A DNA stretch of 64,000 nucleotides from positions 43,214,001 to 43,278,000 of the forward strand of contig NC_043015.1 in assembly GCF_006345805.1 (NCBI RefSeq). Direction: 5' to 3'. The stretch comes from Octopus sinensis (taxonomy: Eukaryota). Below are positions 27,183 through 39,125 of this stretch, piece after piece. The notes under the pieces are model-generated. The model did no database searches. It saw only the letters and a list, made by a program, of their open reading frames with translations, and had not been told where the DNA came from. Made by a program: the position numbers and the translations under genes. Each line of letters begins with the position of its first letter. Position 1 is the stretch's first letter.

Positions 27183-27225
27183 CCACTACAATCGTTTCAT
27201 GTCTTCAAAGACATTCGTCAGGTGG
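27183..27225 (-). ncRNA. Type I hammerhead ribozyme, intact core
   Basis: CCAC-CTGACGA-ATGTCT-TTGA-AGACAT-GAAAC-GATT-GTA-GTGG; stems I, II and III all pair; GUA cleavage triplet. Confidence 0.8.
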
Positions 27226-27578
27226 ATTTTCGATCTCCTAATCTGTTTTAATACACTGGCGAAAATAAATTTAAGACTGTTTGAGATATAAATAATTTGT
27301 ATGGTGTTAGTAACAAAATATTTTGTAAGAAATAGAACTTTTATCGTCGGTCTTAAATTTATTTTCACCTGTGTATATATATATGTATATATATATGTGT
27401 GTGTGTATTTAGTGACAGTTATACTTGTTTTAAACTGCGACTAGCCTCTTCAATAATATATGTCCCATCCAGTACAGCCACATTATTCTGGCAAATAGTC
27501 TTTTCTTTATGGAACAGTTACTGAATATCTCTCTTTGAGAGATTTAGAGATAATGTTTCTACACACATACACACACAT

Positions 27579-27609
<31 letters not shown>

Positions 27610-27894
27610 AAGTTATAATATATGCATGTGTGTGGGTGTATATATGTATGCATGTATATAGATATATATATGTGTGTGGTGTAATATGTATATATATTAC
27701 ATATGTATATATATATTATATATATATATTATAATATATATATATTATATATATTATATATTTAATATATATTATACATTGTAATATATATATATTACAC
27801 ACAAATGTATATATATAGATATTTATATATATTACATATATATATATATGTTATATATATATTACATATATATCATCATCATCATCATCATTCA

Positions 27895-28615
27895 TTTAGC
27901 GTCCGTTTTCCATGCTAGCATGGGTTGGACGGTTCAACTGGGTCTGGGGGAGCCCGAAGGCTGCACCAGGCCAGTCAGATCTGGCAGTGTTTCTACAGCT
28001 GGATGCCCTTCCTAACGCCAAACCACTCCGAAGTGTAGTGGGTGATTTTATGTGCCACCGACACAGGTGCCAGACGAGGCTGGCGAACGGCCACGCTTGG
28101 ATGGTGTTTTTTATGTGCCACCGACACAGGTGCCAGACGAGGCTGGCAGACGGCCATGCTTGGATGGTGTTTTTATGTGCCACCGACACAGGTGCCAGAT
28201 GAGGCTGGCGAACGGCCATGATCGGATGGTGTTTGTTACGTGCCCGCAGCACGGAGGCCAGTCAATGCGGTACTGGCTACGGCCACGTTCAGATGGTTTT
28301 CTTGTGTGCCACAAAGATACAAATTCCATTGATGTTCATCTATTTTGATTTGATTTGATTTTCACTTGCCTCAACAGGTCTTCACAAGTGTCACAAGAAG
28401 GAAGGTATGCACAGGTGGACTGACTACGTCCCAGGTAGGGGCCACGGGTTATGGTCTGACTAGTCTTGCCGGGTCTTCAGATGGTGTTTTTATGTGCCAC
28501 CGACACAGGTGCCAGATGAGGCTGGTGAACGGCCACGATCGGATGGTGTTTGTTATGTGCCCACAGCACAGAGGCCAGTCGATGCGGTACTGGCTACGGC
28601 CACGTTCGGATGGTT
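27895..28615 (-). mobile_element. RTE 3' UTR with amplified ~63-bp internal units
   Basis: TGTGCCACCGACACAGGTGCCAGA(C/T)GAGGCTGG at about 28051, 28115, 28177 and 28494; homologous to 4283-4780. Confidence 0.85.
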
Positions 28616-29029
28616 TATATATATATATAGCTAGCTAGCTAGATAGATAGATAGATACACATACACACACACACACACACATAAATATATGTATACATTT
28701 ACATATATGCAAATATATACATAAACACATTCACACTTAGATTTGTAGAGAGTGACATTTTCATACTACGGCGCACTCACCCCATTTTGTAACAAGCAAG
28801 CAGTTCTTATGTGTTTGGAAAGTCATCAAAATTCTTTATTGATAAATAAAACACCGAGAGAGAATAAGAGATGAGGCATTAACCAATATTCAATATTCAA
28901 CGGAATCGTAGATAAATCATGAAATCTTTTATTCATAAGAGAAAGCAGAATAGATTTAAATAAGCTAGAATCGGAGATATGAAATTAATACTTAACCTTT
29001 TCGCTTAACTAACGTTTACTTGATGTATT

Positions 29030-29042
29030 AATAATAATAATG

Positions 29043-29075
<33 letters not shown>

Positions 29076-29708
29076 TAATAATGATGATGATGATGATAAT
29101 GAAAATAATAAGAATAACATTATTAGTTTATTAATGAAGCCAATTTTAACATATTGTGGTGGAAATGAAATAAAAGTCAAGAAGGATGGTAAGACAAAAG
29201 AGGAGAAAGGGGATGAGGATAATGTGGAGACTGAAGAGGAGAGAAAGATATAAGGAGGAAGGGGATGGATGGAGGAGGGGTAATGATGATGATGATGATG
29301 ATGACGATGAAGATGACGACGATGATGACAATGATGATGTGATGACGATGACAACAACGACGACGACGATGATGATGATGTGGAGACTGAAGGGGATGAA
29401 AAGATATAAAGAGGAAGGTGATGACTGGGGGTGGGATAATGATGATGATGACGACGACGACGATGACGATGATGAGGACGATGACGACGATGAGGACGAT
29501 GACGATGACGATGATGCTGACGAACATGACGACGGCGATGACGACGATGACGATGACGACGATGACGACGGTGACTATGATGACGATGACGATGATGACA
29601 ATGACAACAACGACGACGATGATGATGATGATGTGGAGACTGAAGAGGAGAAAAAGATATAAGGAGGAAGGGGATGGATGGAGGTGGGATAATAATGATG
29701 ATGATGAC

Positions 29709-29740
<32 letters not shown>

Positions 29741-29800
29741 TGATGATGATTATGATGATGATGATGGTGATGGTGATGGTGATGGTGATGCTGGTGATGA
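29030..29800. repeat. (GAT/GAC)n tract with a ~50-bp spacer repeated three times
   Basis: ATGTGGAGACTGAAG...AAAGATATAA at about 29222, 29378 and 29631. Confidence 0.85.
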
Positions 29801-29893
29801 GAGTCTTTATTAGTTCTTCAAAATTTCCATGCATAGACTTCAACTGAAAGAGAGGGAGCGAGAGAGAGAGAGAGAGACAGACAGGAAGAGATT

Positions 29894-29939
<46 letters not shown>

Positions 29940-29959
29940 AAGACAGAGAGAAAGAGATG

Positions 29960-29995
<36 letters not shown>

Positions 29996-31029
29996 GAGAA
30001 AGAGATGGAGAGAGAGAGAGAGACAGACAGACAGAAAGACAGAGAGAAAGAGATGGAGAGTAAAGGAGAGGGAGAGAGGTGGGTTGAGAGACTGACAAAC
30101 AGACATAAAGAGACAGAGAAATCGAGAGAACGAGAAAGAGCCTTTGAGTGGGTCATTCGATCTGCTAGACATAGTAGTCAGATTTCCCTCAAATCACACC
30201 AATTGTGTCATTAGAGAGAAAAGCTGAGCCATGTTAGATGATGTAGACTTAGATAGACTTTGCCTAAATAAATGACCGGATGGTCACAACCGGAATGTCT
30301 TATTTGATCATGGTTCTACCAGATCAGAGCTGCCTTTGCACTACAAAATGACATGATGGATGATACAGTCCTAAACAGTGCTCGAATATAAGACAGGATG
30401 GTCATGGATAGAAAGCCTTCTTTGATTGTAGTTCTGCTGGATCAGGGTTGCCTTTGTACTTAGTAACATCAACGATAGCAGCAGCAGCAGCAGCAGTAGC
30501 AGCAGACAGCTTTTGAAATAAGATTTTGCATGCATCGGTTGACCTGGCTCCACCTCTCCCATTGCTCCTGGGCTGCTTCAGACTGGTCGGTCGGCTGTGA
30601 AGATTTTCTTCACTGCCACACGGTTTGCTTTCCGAGAGATTCGCTACAATAGTTTCAATCACAGGACAGTTAACGTACCTCCTCCTCCTCCACCTCATCA
30701 TCATCATCATCATCATCATCACCACCACCACCACACCCACCACCACCACCACCATCATCAACTTCCCCATCACTGTCATCATCATCATAATCATTATAAT
30801 CACAAACATCATTATTGCCATCAACACCCCTCACCACTACCACTCCCATCTCCACCACCACCACCACCACCACCACCACCACCATCATCATTATCATCAT
30901 CATCGCCATCATCATCATCATCAACACCACCACCGCCGCCGCCACCGCCACCACCACCGTTGTCATAACCACTACTACCACCACTACCATCAACATCACT
31001 ACCAACATTCTCACCACCACCACCACACC

Positions 31030-31073
<44 letters not shown>

Positions 31074-32048
31074 CAGCAACAACAACAACCACAAGGTCAA
31101 CAACAGTATGAACAATACAAGAAATAATGCAGTTGTGGTGGTAGTGGTGGTGGTGAGTTGTTCTGGTGGCCTTTGTTCTGATGTCCTGTGTACTGCGTTC
31201 AAATCCCACCAAGGCCAACTTTGTCTTTTATCCTTTTTGGGTCGACTAAAATAAAATAAAAACCCTATTCCGAGGCGGTTGAATGGCAGAAGTGTAAGAA
31301 TTTCGGACCGAATATTTTGCAATGTTTGTTTTTAATGCATCGATAATACATCGTGCGGTTAGCGGCGGATTGTGTTTGATAGTGTGGTGAGACCACTGCT
31401 GAGTTTTGAACCATAGCTCTCAGATTTTGCCAGCGTAGAACCACAGCCTAATGTATCTCCATAAAAAGAAAAGTATCGCCAAAAAACGGTATCAACTCTT
31501 ACGAGAATATAGTTCGATTAGTCGGTACTGGCTAACTTATGGTCGACACGGCGAAATTTAGTTTTGCCGAGGGTTCTAGAAGGCTGGCTTACAGTTATAA
31601 AAAAACAACAAATTCAACCTCAGACCAGAGCCATTCAGTTGTCTAGCGAAACCTATGTCACACGGCTCGCCGAATTGGTCTCTCGCTCTCACACTCTTTC
31701 ATTTTTCGACAAAAAGCACCAACCTTAAGTTGTAGTGTCGAGTAACGCACAATAATTATATACAGTGATTAAAATTCCTTCTACATATTTCGTTTTCAGA
31801 GATATGCACCACTACTTTCATAATACTGTGTAACAAGTCCGTATTACAGAAGATCCGCTGCTGTTATGTTTGCTGAACGTTGTTCCATTAATTTGTTGGG
31901 TTTATACTCGTCAATATAAACGATGCAAGTCAATAGAATAATTGAAAAATTCGATAAAATTTTCATGTGGTCATTGACTTCTGACACACAGCCTTGCTAA
32001 CACTGAATATCCAACAAAGAATATATTGCTAAACATCACGCTAAACTA

Positions 32049-32195
32049 CAAGGTGTATTCCAGAAATTTAAAGAGTTTTTCAGGGGATACATTTATTAAT
32101 TTCGAAGAAGTACAAAACCCTAATTTCTTTCAAAGCAGGAGCCTCTGACTTTAATACATTTGTATCGTTTCAGACACTGTGTAGACGTAGAGACT
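32049..32195 (-). pseudogene. Mariner transposase C-terminus and right end remnant
   Basis: Minus frame QCLKRYKCIKVRGSCFERN* resembles the mariner C-terminal KCI...GDYFE motif; TA at 32047-32048. Confidence 0.5.
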
Positions 32196-32349
32196 CGAAG
32201 CTAATACCTATTTCTTTACTACTCACAAGGGGCTAAACACAGAGGGGACAAACAAGGACAGACATAGGTATTAAGTCGATTACATCGACCCCAGTGCGTA
32301 ACTGGTACTTAATTTATCGACCCCGAAAGGATGAAAGGCAACAAAGCCC

Positions 32350-32575
32350 GCGGGCATATGGCGTAGTGGTTAAGAGCGCAGGCTACTAACCCCAAGATTC
32401 CGAGTTCGATTCCAGGCAGTGACCTGAATAATAATAATAATAATAATAACAACAACGACAACAGCATCGAAAAATACTTTAGGAATGGGAACCCAGGTTC
32501 GAAATTTCCTCAAGACACCTGATGCAGGCTGGAGGGTATATCAGCCGAAACGTCGTGTTAACAACAAACAAAATG
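32350..32575 (+). mobile_element. tRNA-headed SINE with internal (AAT)n and a hammerhead motif
   Basis: A box TGGCGTAGTGG 32359-32369, B box AGTTCGATTCC 32403-32413, (AAT)n, hammerhead motif 32514-32559. Confidence 0.75.
32514..32559 (+). ncRNA. Minimal type I hammerhead motif (core variant CTGATGC)
   Basis: GACAC-CTGATGC-A-GGCTG-GAGGGTATAT-CAGCC-GAA-ACGT-C-GTGTT. Confidence 0.65.
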
Positions 32576-32862
32576 TTCCCCGAGAACTACGTTAAGGGTA
32601 CACGTGTCTGTGGAGTGCTCAGCCACTTGCACGTTGATTTCATGAGCAGGCTGTTCCGTTGATCGGATCAACCTGAACCCTTGTCTTAGTAACCGACGGA
32701 GTGCCGGTCACATCTTTCCTTCAAGTGTTGAGAAAGTATTTCGACCCACAATGCATTTCGGTCTTGATGACAGAAAGCAAAAACAGCCTAACCACATGAC
32801 CTGGTATTCATTCCATAGATTTCTTATCTAATCTACCTTCCCATTGTCACTTACCCTCCTCA

Positions 32863-33285
32863 TAGGCGTCGGAGTGGCTGTGTGGTAAGCAGCTTGCTTA
32901 CTAACCACATGGTACCGGGTTCAGTCCCACTGCGTGGCACTTTGGGCAAGTGTCTTCTACTACAGCCTCGGGCCGACCAAAGCCTTGTGAGTGGATTTGG
33001 TAGACGGAAACTGAAAGAAGCCCGTCGTATGTATGTATATATATGTGCATGTGTGTGTGTTTGTGTCTGTGTTTGTCCCCCCAACATCGCTTGACAACCG
33101 ATACTGGTGTATTTACGCCTCCGTAACATTAGTGGTTCGGTAAAAGTGACTGATAGAATAAGTACTGGGCTTACAAAAGAATAAGTCCTGGAGTCGATTT
33201 GCTTCGACTAAAGGCGGTGCTCCAGCATGGCCACAGTCAAATGACTGAAACAAGTAAAAGAGTAAAAGAGTAAAGAGTAAGAGTA
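32863..33285 (+). mobile_element. SINE family B, full-length reference copy
   Basis: tRNA-like head, CORE-like CTTTGGGCAAGTGTCTTC, internal (TG)n, tail GGTGCTCCAGCATGGCCACAGTCAAATGACTGAAACAAGTAAAAGAG with short tandem end; may correspond to the described octopus OR SINEs (unverified). Confidence 0.9.
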
Positions 33286-33953
33286 TACGTTAAGCAAAAA
33301 GCTTTGTATCAATATAAAGCGTTAAAACATTATTATTTCGACCCTCTTTGTAAACTGTTTCAGACAGAATTCTAAAAACCAAACTTCTTATTTGGATTCT
33401 GTTCCAGGGAATTAAGCAAACAGGCTGGCATCAATTCAATCGTTATTGGCTTCAGATGCACGTGGAACTGAAATTCCAGGCCTGACTGCAGCTGCAATAG
33501 TTTGTTAATTCTTTGCATATCACCTAGGCAACTATTTTATAGCAAGTAAGCATTTTTTTTTTTTTTTGTATTTTGTATTTTGAAACTTTTGGTTTGTGGT
33601 GATATTAAAACCAGATGCCCCAAAATAAATAGATGGAAATTACGTGAAGTAAAATAAAAGGAATACCTGCCCGAAGACTGAAACAGACATACATGCAAAA
33701 GCACATCACTGCACACTTAGGCATACACACACACACACACACACACATGTATATATACATGTGTGTGTGTGTATATATATACATAGGAGTGGCCGTGTGG
33801 TACGTAGCTTGCTTACCAATCACATGGTTCCGGGTTCAGTCCCACTGCGTGGCTCCTTGGGCAAGTGTCTTCTACTATAGCCTCGGGCAGACCAAAACCT
33901 TGTGAGTGGATTTGGTTGACGGAAACTGAAAGAAGTCCGTTGTTTATATATTA

Positions 33954-34041
<88 letters not shown>

Positions 34042-34574
34042 TTGTGTGTCTCTGTTCCCTCAACAGCGCTTGACAACCGATGCTGGTATGTTTACATCCC
34101 CGCAACTTAGCGGTTCGGCAAAGAGACCGATAGAATAAGTACTAGGCTTAGAAAGAATAAGTCCTGGAGTCAATAACCGCGGATGGGCTTTACATAACAT
34201 TCTACAAGGTTTTTTACCCGAATCTTAACTTACGGGGACGTAAACACACCAGGATCGGTTGTCAAGCGAAGTTGGGGAGGATAAACACAAACACATACAC
34301 ACGCACACACACACACACGTATATATATATATATTATATATATATATATATATATACATATATACGACAGGCTTCTTTCAGTTTCCGTCAACCAAATCCA
34401 CTCACAAGGCTTTGGTCGGTACGAGACTATAGTAGAAGACACTTGCCCAAGGTGCCACGCAGTGGGACTAAACCCGGAACCATGTGGTTGGTAAACAAGC
34501 TACTTACCACACAGCCACTCCTACGCCTATATGAAATTCCATACTATCAGTAGAGTTAATATAAATAGCTAAAT

Positions 34575-34920
34575 GATAGGAAATGGAATGAACGACATGC
34601 TTTATGTAATACCACTACAATTGTTTCGACACATTTTTATACCCGTTAGTACGTTAGTGAGATGCTGTGTAATCTTATGCATCGCAGGTATAAAATACAC
34701 CTCCTGGTGTGATTGTTTAAATAAGTCCTTTGTTAGATCCTATGTTATTTCATTCAATGTGGAATGACAATAGGATCTAATGAGGGACTTATTTAAACAA
34801 TCACCCGAGGAGATGTATTTTACATCTGCGATGAATAAGATTACACTACCTCAGTGTACGACGGGTGTAAAAATGTGTCGAAACAATTGTAGTGATATTA
34901 AATAAGGTTCATTCCATTTC

Positions 34921-34925
<5 letters not shown>
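34575..34925. mobile_element. Fold-back element with decayed hammerhead motifs in both arms
   Basis: GATAGGAAATGGAATGAAC versus GTTCATTCCATTTCCTATC; right arm ATCAC-CCGAGGA-[long stem II]-GAAAC-AATT-GTA-GTGAT at 34800-34896. Confidence 0.75.
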
Positions 34926-34996
<71 letters not shown>

Positions 34997-35055
34997 TTAA
35001 CTATCTGTTTATCTACCTACCTACCTACCTACCTACCTACATATCTATCTATCTG

Positions 35056-35122
<67 letters not shown>

Positions 35123-35207
35123 CTCTATCTATCAGTTTATCTACCTACCTACCTACCTACCTACCTACCTACCTACCTACCGACCTACATATCTATCTAT
35201 CTGTCTG

Positions 35208-35285
<78 letters not shown>

Positions 35286-35358
35286 AGTTTATCTACCTAC
35301 CTACCTACCTACCTACCTACCTACTACTACCTACCTACATACATACATACATACATAC

Positions 35359-35402
<44 letters not shown>

Positions 35403-35702
35403 GTGTATATATATGTGTGTGTGTGTGTGTGTGCGTGCGTGTATATATATATAATATATGTTTGTATATATATATATCTAATTACATACATATACACAAA
35501 TATATATACATGTATGTATGTATGTATGTATGTATGTATGTATGTATGTGTATATGTATGCATGTATGTATGTATGTATGTATGTATGTATGTATGTATG
35601 TATATATGTATGTATGTATGTATGTGTGTGTGTATGTATGTATGTATGTATGTATGTATGTATGTATGTATGTATGTATGTATGTATGTATGTATGTATG
35701 TG

Positions 35703-35734
<32 letters not shown>

Positions 35735-35790
35735 TGTATGTATGTATGTATGTGTATATGTATGTATGTATGAATGTATATATGTATGTA
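34925..35790. repeat. (TATC/TACC)n then (TATG)n tracts
   Basis: Directly visible. Confidence 0.95.
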
Positions 35791-36055
35791 TGCATGTGTA
35801 CGATTAGAAAATGTCAGGAGCACAATTATGTATTCATACATGAAAAATAAAATGCAGATTAACGTCATTTAAATTTTGAATATTGAAGGTAAACGAGTGC
35901 TGTGAGGAGTGGATTCGTTGGAATTCAAATAAAATATAAAAATTATTCGGTTAGAAAACAAAGTCTTTTGTATCGAACAAATTGCACACGCACACATGAA
36001 CGCAGCTCTCCACACGCACGATCATAAAAATATAATCATTCTCAGGATAAATATC

Positions 36056-36127
36056 TAATTGTAGGTGTAGGTACATGATTCTCCCGTTGGGTGTGAGAGG
36101 TACAGGGTTCAAATCCTGGACGAGCCC
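36056..36127 (+). pseudogene. tRNA-Pro(UGG) pseudogene
   Basis: ATGATTCTCCCGTTGGGTGTGAGAGGTACAGGGTTCAAATCCTGGACGAGCCC aligns with the 3' two-thirds of eukaryotic tRNA-Pro; anticodon TGG at 36088-36090; 5' acceptor strand decayed; TTTT downstream, no CCA. Confidence 0.8.
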
Positions 36128-36208
36128 TGAATTTTCCTTTACGGATAATGATCCAGCATGGCCTCAGCCACTAGCTGAAACCAGTAAAAGATATATATAT
36201 ATATATAT

Positions 36209-36405
36209 AACGGGAAGCTTACGAAAATAAACAAAAGACGAAGGCAGGTGGAGTACAAACAAACAATTGTATCAGTATGGCGCTCAGGAATAGAAATAAA
36301 ACAAGTCTTTTACGTTTCGAGCCTACGCTCTTCAACAGAAAGATACACAGAAAAGAAACACGGAGAGAAACAAGGAGAGAAAAAAAATGCGTGCAGGAGC
36401 TAACT
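36209..36405 (-). mobile_element. (TA)n-anchored short element with minimal hammerhead motif (36307-36342)
   Basis: Second copy at 61095-61278; motif CTTT-CTGTTGA-A-GAGC-GTAG-GCTC-GAA-ACGT-A-AAAG. Confidence 0.7.
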
Positions 36406-37822
36406 ATTCAACATGGTGGTCTGATTTCTGACGCAAGAGGGATAGTAGGGGAGATAACAAGGCCAAATGACCTCGCCCTAGCATAAGGGTGCGTGTGTGT
36501 ATGAGAGAGTATGTATGTGCGTATGAAAGGTCTGGATGTGTGTATGTATGTATGATGTGATTTGTAATGTCGTATGGTGTAGTATATAAATATATATATA
36601 TATACAAAAAATAAGAAAATGGAGGAATAGATTTCTTTCAATCATCAACTACCAGATAATACCAATTCATATAATTTATTAACTTACCTCAATACATCTG
36701 ACTAATATGGGCATAATGAGATACCTTTATCTACAGGCTGAAACAGCTGTAAGATCCATTTATATGTATTATTCTTACGGCATTATCTTACTTATTGATG
36801 TATATTGTTTTATTCTGTATTATTTTGTTGGATTTGGATGTTCCTATTTAATCTAAATGATTAGTTAATAAATTATATGAATTGGTATTATCTGGTAGTT
36901 GATGATTGAAAGAAATCTATTTCTCCATTTTCTTATTTTGTATTATGAATTTGAGGTAAAGCATTTTACCTTCGCCCATATAATACAATAAATGAATTAA
37001 TTGCATTGCAATTCGTAGCATTTATGTATTAGCCTTTCTGGGTACTTTACCGGCAGTATATTGGATAAATGATATCCCATAGTGGGTTACACTCATAACC
37101 CTTATCTCACTTTGTATATATATATATATATACATATAGTAAGAATCTTTATTTTTTCATTTTCTGTCTATCATATCCACTCTCAAAGCTTTGGTCAGCC
37201 TGAGGCTATAGTAGAAGACACTTGCCCAAGGTACCACACAATGGGACTGAACCCGGAACCGTGTAGTTCGTAAGCAAGCTACTTTACAACACAGCCACTC
37301 TTACGCCTATGATAATATAATATAATAAAAATGCATTTTGTACTAAGCAGCGAGTGATCATGGGAATTACATTTGCAAATGACCAAATATCTCTCGCCAG
37401 ATTTAATTGGATATTTTCATTATTCGTTAAATGCATGCTTTATCTCTTAATTTGTGGTTTATATTTAGCTCTTATTCTCGGTAGGTAACATAATCGTTCT
37501 ATATAAAATTAAAATTAAACACAAACACACAAAACATAGGATTGATAATAGCGATGAAAAATGCTTTTAAAAATCACCGCAGATACAGCACACGGGAATT
37601 TAGCTATGAAAATAATCAAAAGTCAGTCGTTTAAGAATATTTAAAGCAATGATGATGATTTTTTTTTAGTTTCAATATGATTCCTGCAACCACTTCGTAG
37701 CTGATACAAATCTCTACAGTAACGAGTTACTATCATCCTTTCATTAAAAAGATGAGGCCGACAAAGTCATGAAACATAATGAATTTAGGAATATTCTCAA
37801 GGAATAATAATGATGATGATGA

Positions 37823-37954
<132 letters not shown>

Positions 37955-38224
37955 ACTACTACTACTACTACTAATAATAATAATAATAATAATACTACTA
38001 CTAATAATAATAATAATACCTGTGAATTTGCGTGGGTAAAGTGTGTAATCTGGGAATGCATACAATGAGCTTCCCTGCCCTAGGTGTACGGAAAACACTC
38101 GTCGAGAAACAGAAAACTTGAAGAAAGAAGGAAAGAAAAATAATAATAATAATAATAAAGCGAATAAGGACATGTGAAAACTGTTTAATACAAGAAGATT
38201 AAACCTTACCACAGTCATTTCTTC

Positions 38225-38255
<31 letters not shown>

Positions 38256-38414
38256 CATACATGCACACATATACATATACATATGCATATGTGTATGTGT
38301 GTATGTGTATATATATATATATATATATATACATATGTATACACACACACATATATAAATATATATACATACATTCATATCCATCCATCCATCCATCTAT
38401 CTATCCATCCATCC

Positions 38415-38466
<52 letters not shown>

Positions 38467-38467
38467 A

Positions 38468-38537
<70 letters not shown>

Positions 38538-38761
38538 CGTCCGTCCGTCCGTCTGTCTGTCTGTCTGTCTGTCTGCCTGGCTGTCTGTCTATATATCTGT
38601 CTGTCTGTCTGTCTGTTTATATGTATAATCGTCACTAACATGACTAAGAGTGCAAGTCAGCACCAGCATCGCTAGAAAAAAGTTCAAAACAACTCTTAGC
38701 CACGGGCCAAGCACTATCTGTTGACTAACAAAGGAAGACAACTTCCCTACATCAAGCGAGA

Positions 38762-38811
38762 GCGTCAGATCATCGATGACTTCGGATAACGTTAATCCTC
38801 ATCAGTGACGC
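38762..38811 (-). ncRNA. Type I hammerhead motif, single core substitution (GAAG for GAAA)
   Basis: GCGTCA-CTGATGA-GGAT-TAACGTT-ATCC-GAA-GTCA-TCGA-TGAT-C-TGACGC; 6-bp stem I, 4-bp stems II and III. Confidence 0.75.
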
Positions 38812-38989
38812 TATACCGTGGTCTAGGGTTAAGCTAACTCGCCTTGTCAGTTTATAAAAATTACCAAAGGAAACAATGGCTAATTCAATAAAATGGTAAA
38901 GTGAAAATTAGAAATTAAAGTGGCTAGTCACAATTTAAAAACCACAAAAAGCACAAGTGTCTATATATATATATATTTGCTAGCAAAAA

Positions 38990-39027
38990 CTGTCCAACGA
39001 ACGGCAACGTGAAACTGAGAGTAACAG
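38990..39027 (+). ncRNA. Decayed hammerhead motif
   Basis: CTGT-CCAACGA-ACG-GCAA-CGT-GAAAC-TGAGA-GTA-ACAG; stems pair, core mutated. Confidence 0.5.
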
Positions 39028-39125
39028 GTTTTGTTGAATTTTCTGCTGCTTTAAATAAAGCATATTACTCTACCACTGGTATGTGAGTACTCTTTTTTCC
39101 ACCTTGTTTCACATTTATGTGTTTA

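Noticed and set aside
30585-30680. AVKIFFT...FREI (plus) and VAVKKIF (minus), resembling kinase subdomain II
   Set aside because: Both come from the short palindrome GTGAAGATTTTCTTCAC; no glycine loop, no further kinase motifs and no convincing donor site.
32350-32425. Functional tRNA gene (also the heads at 43728, 44638 and 62566)
   Set aside because: A and B boxes are present but acceptor and anticodon stems do not close, and each head runs into a repeat body.
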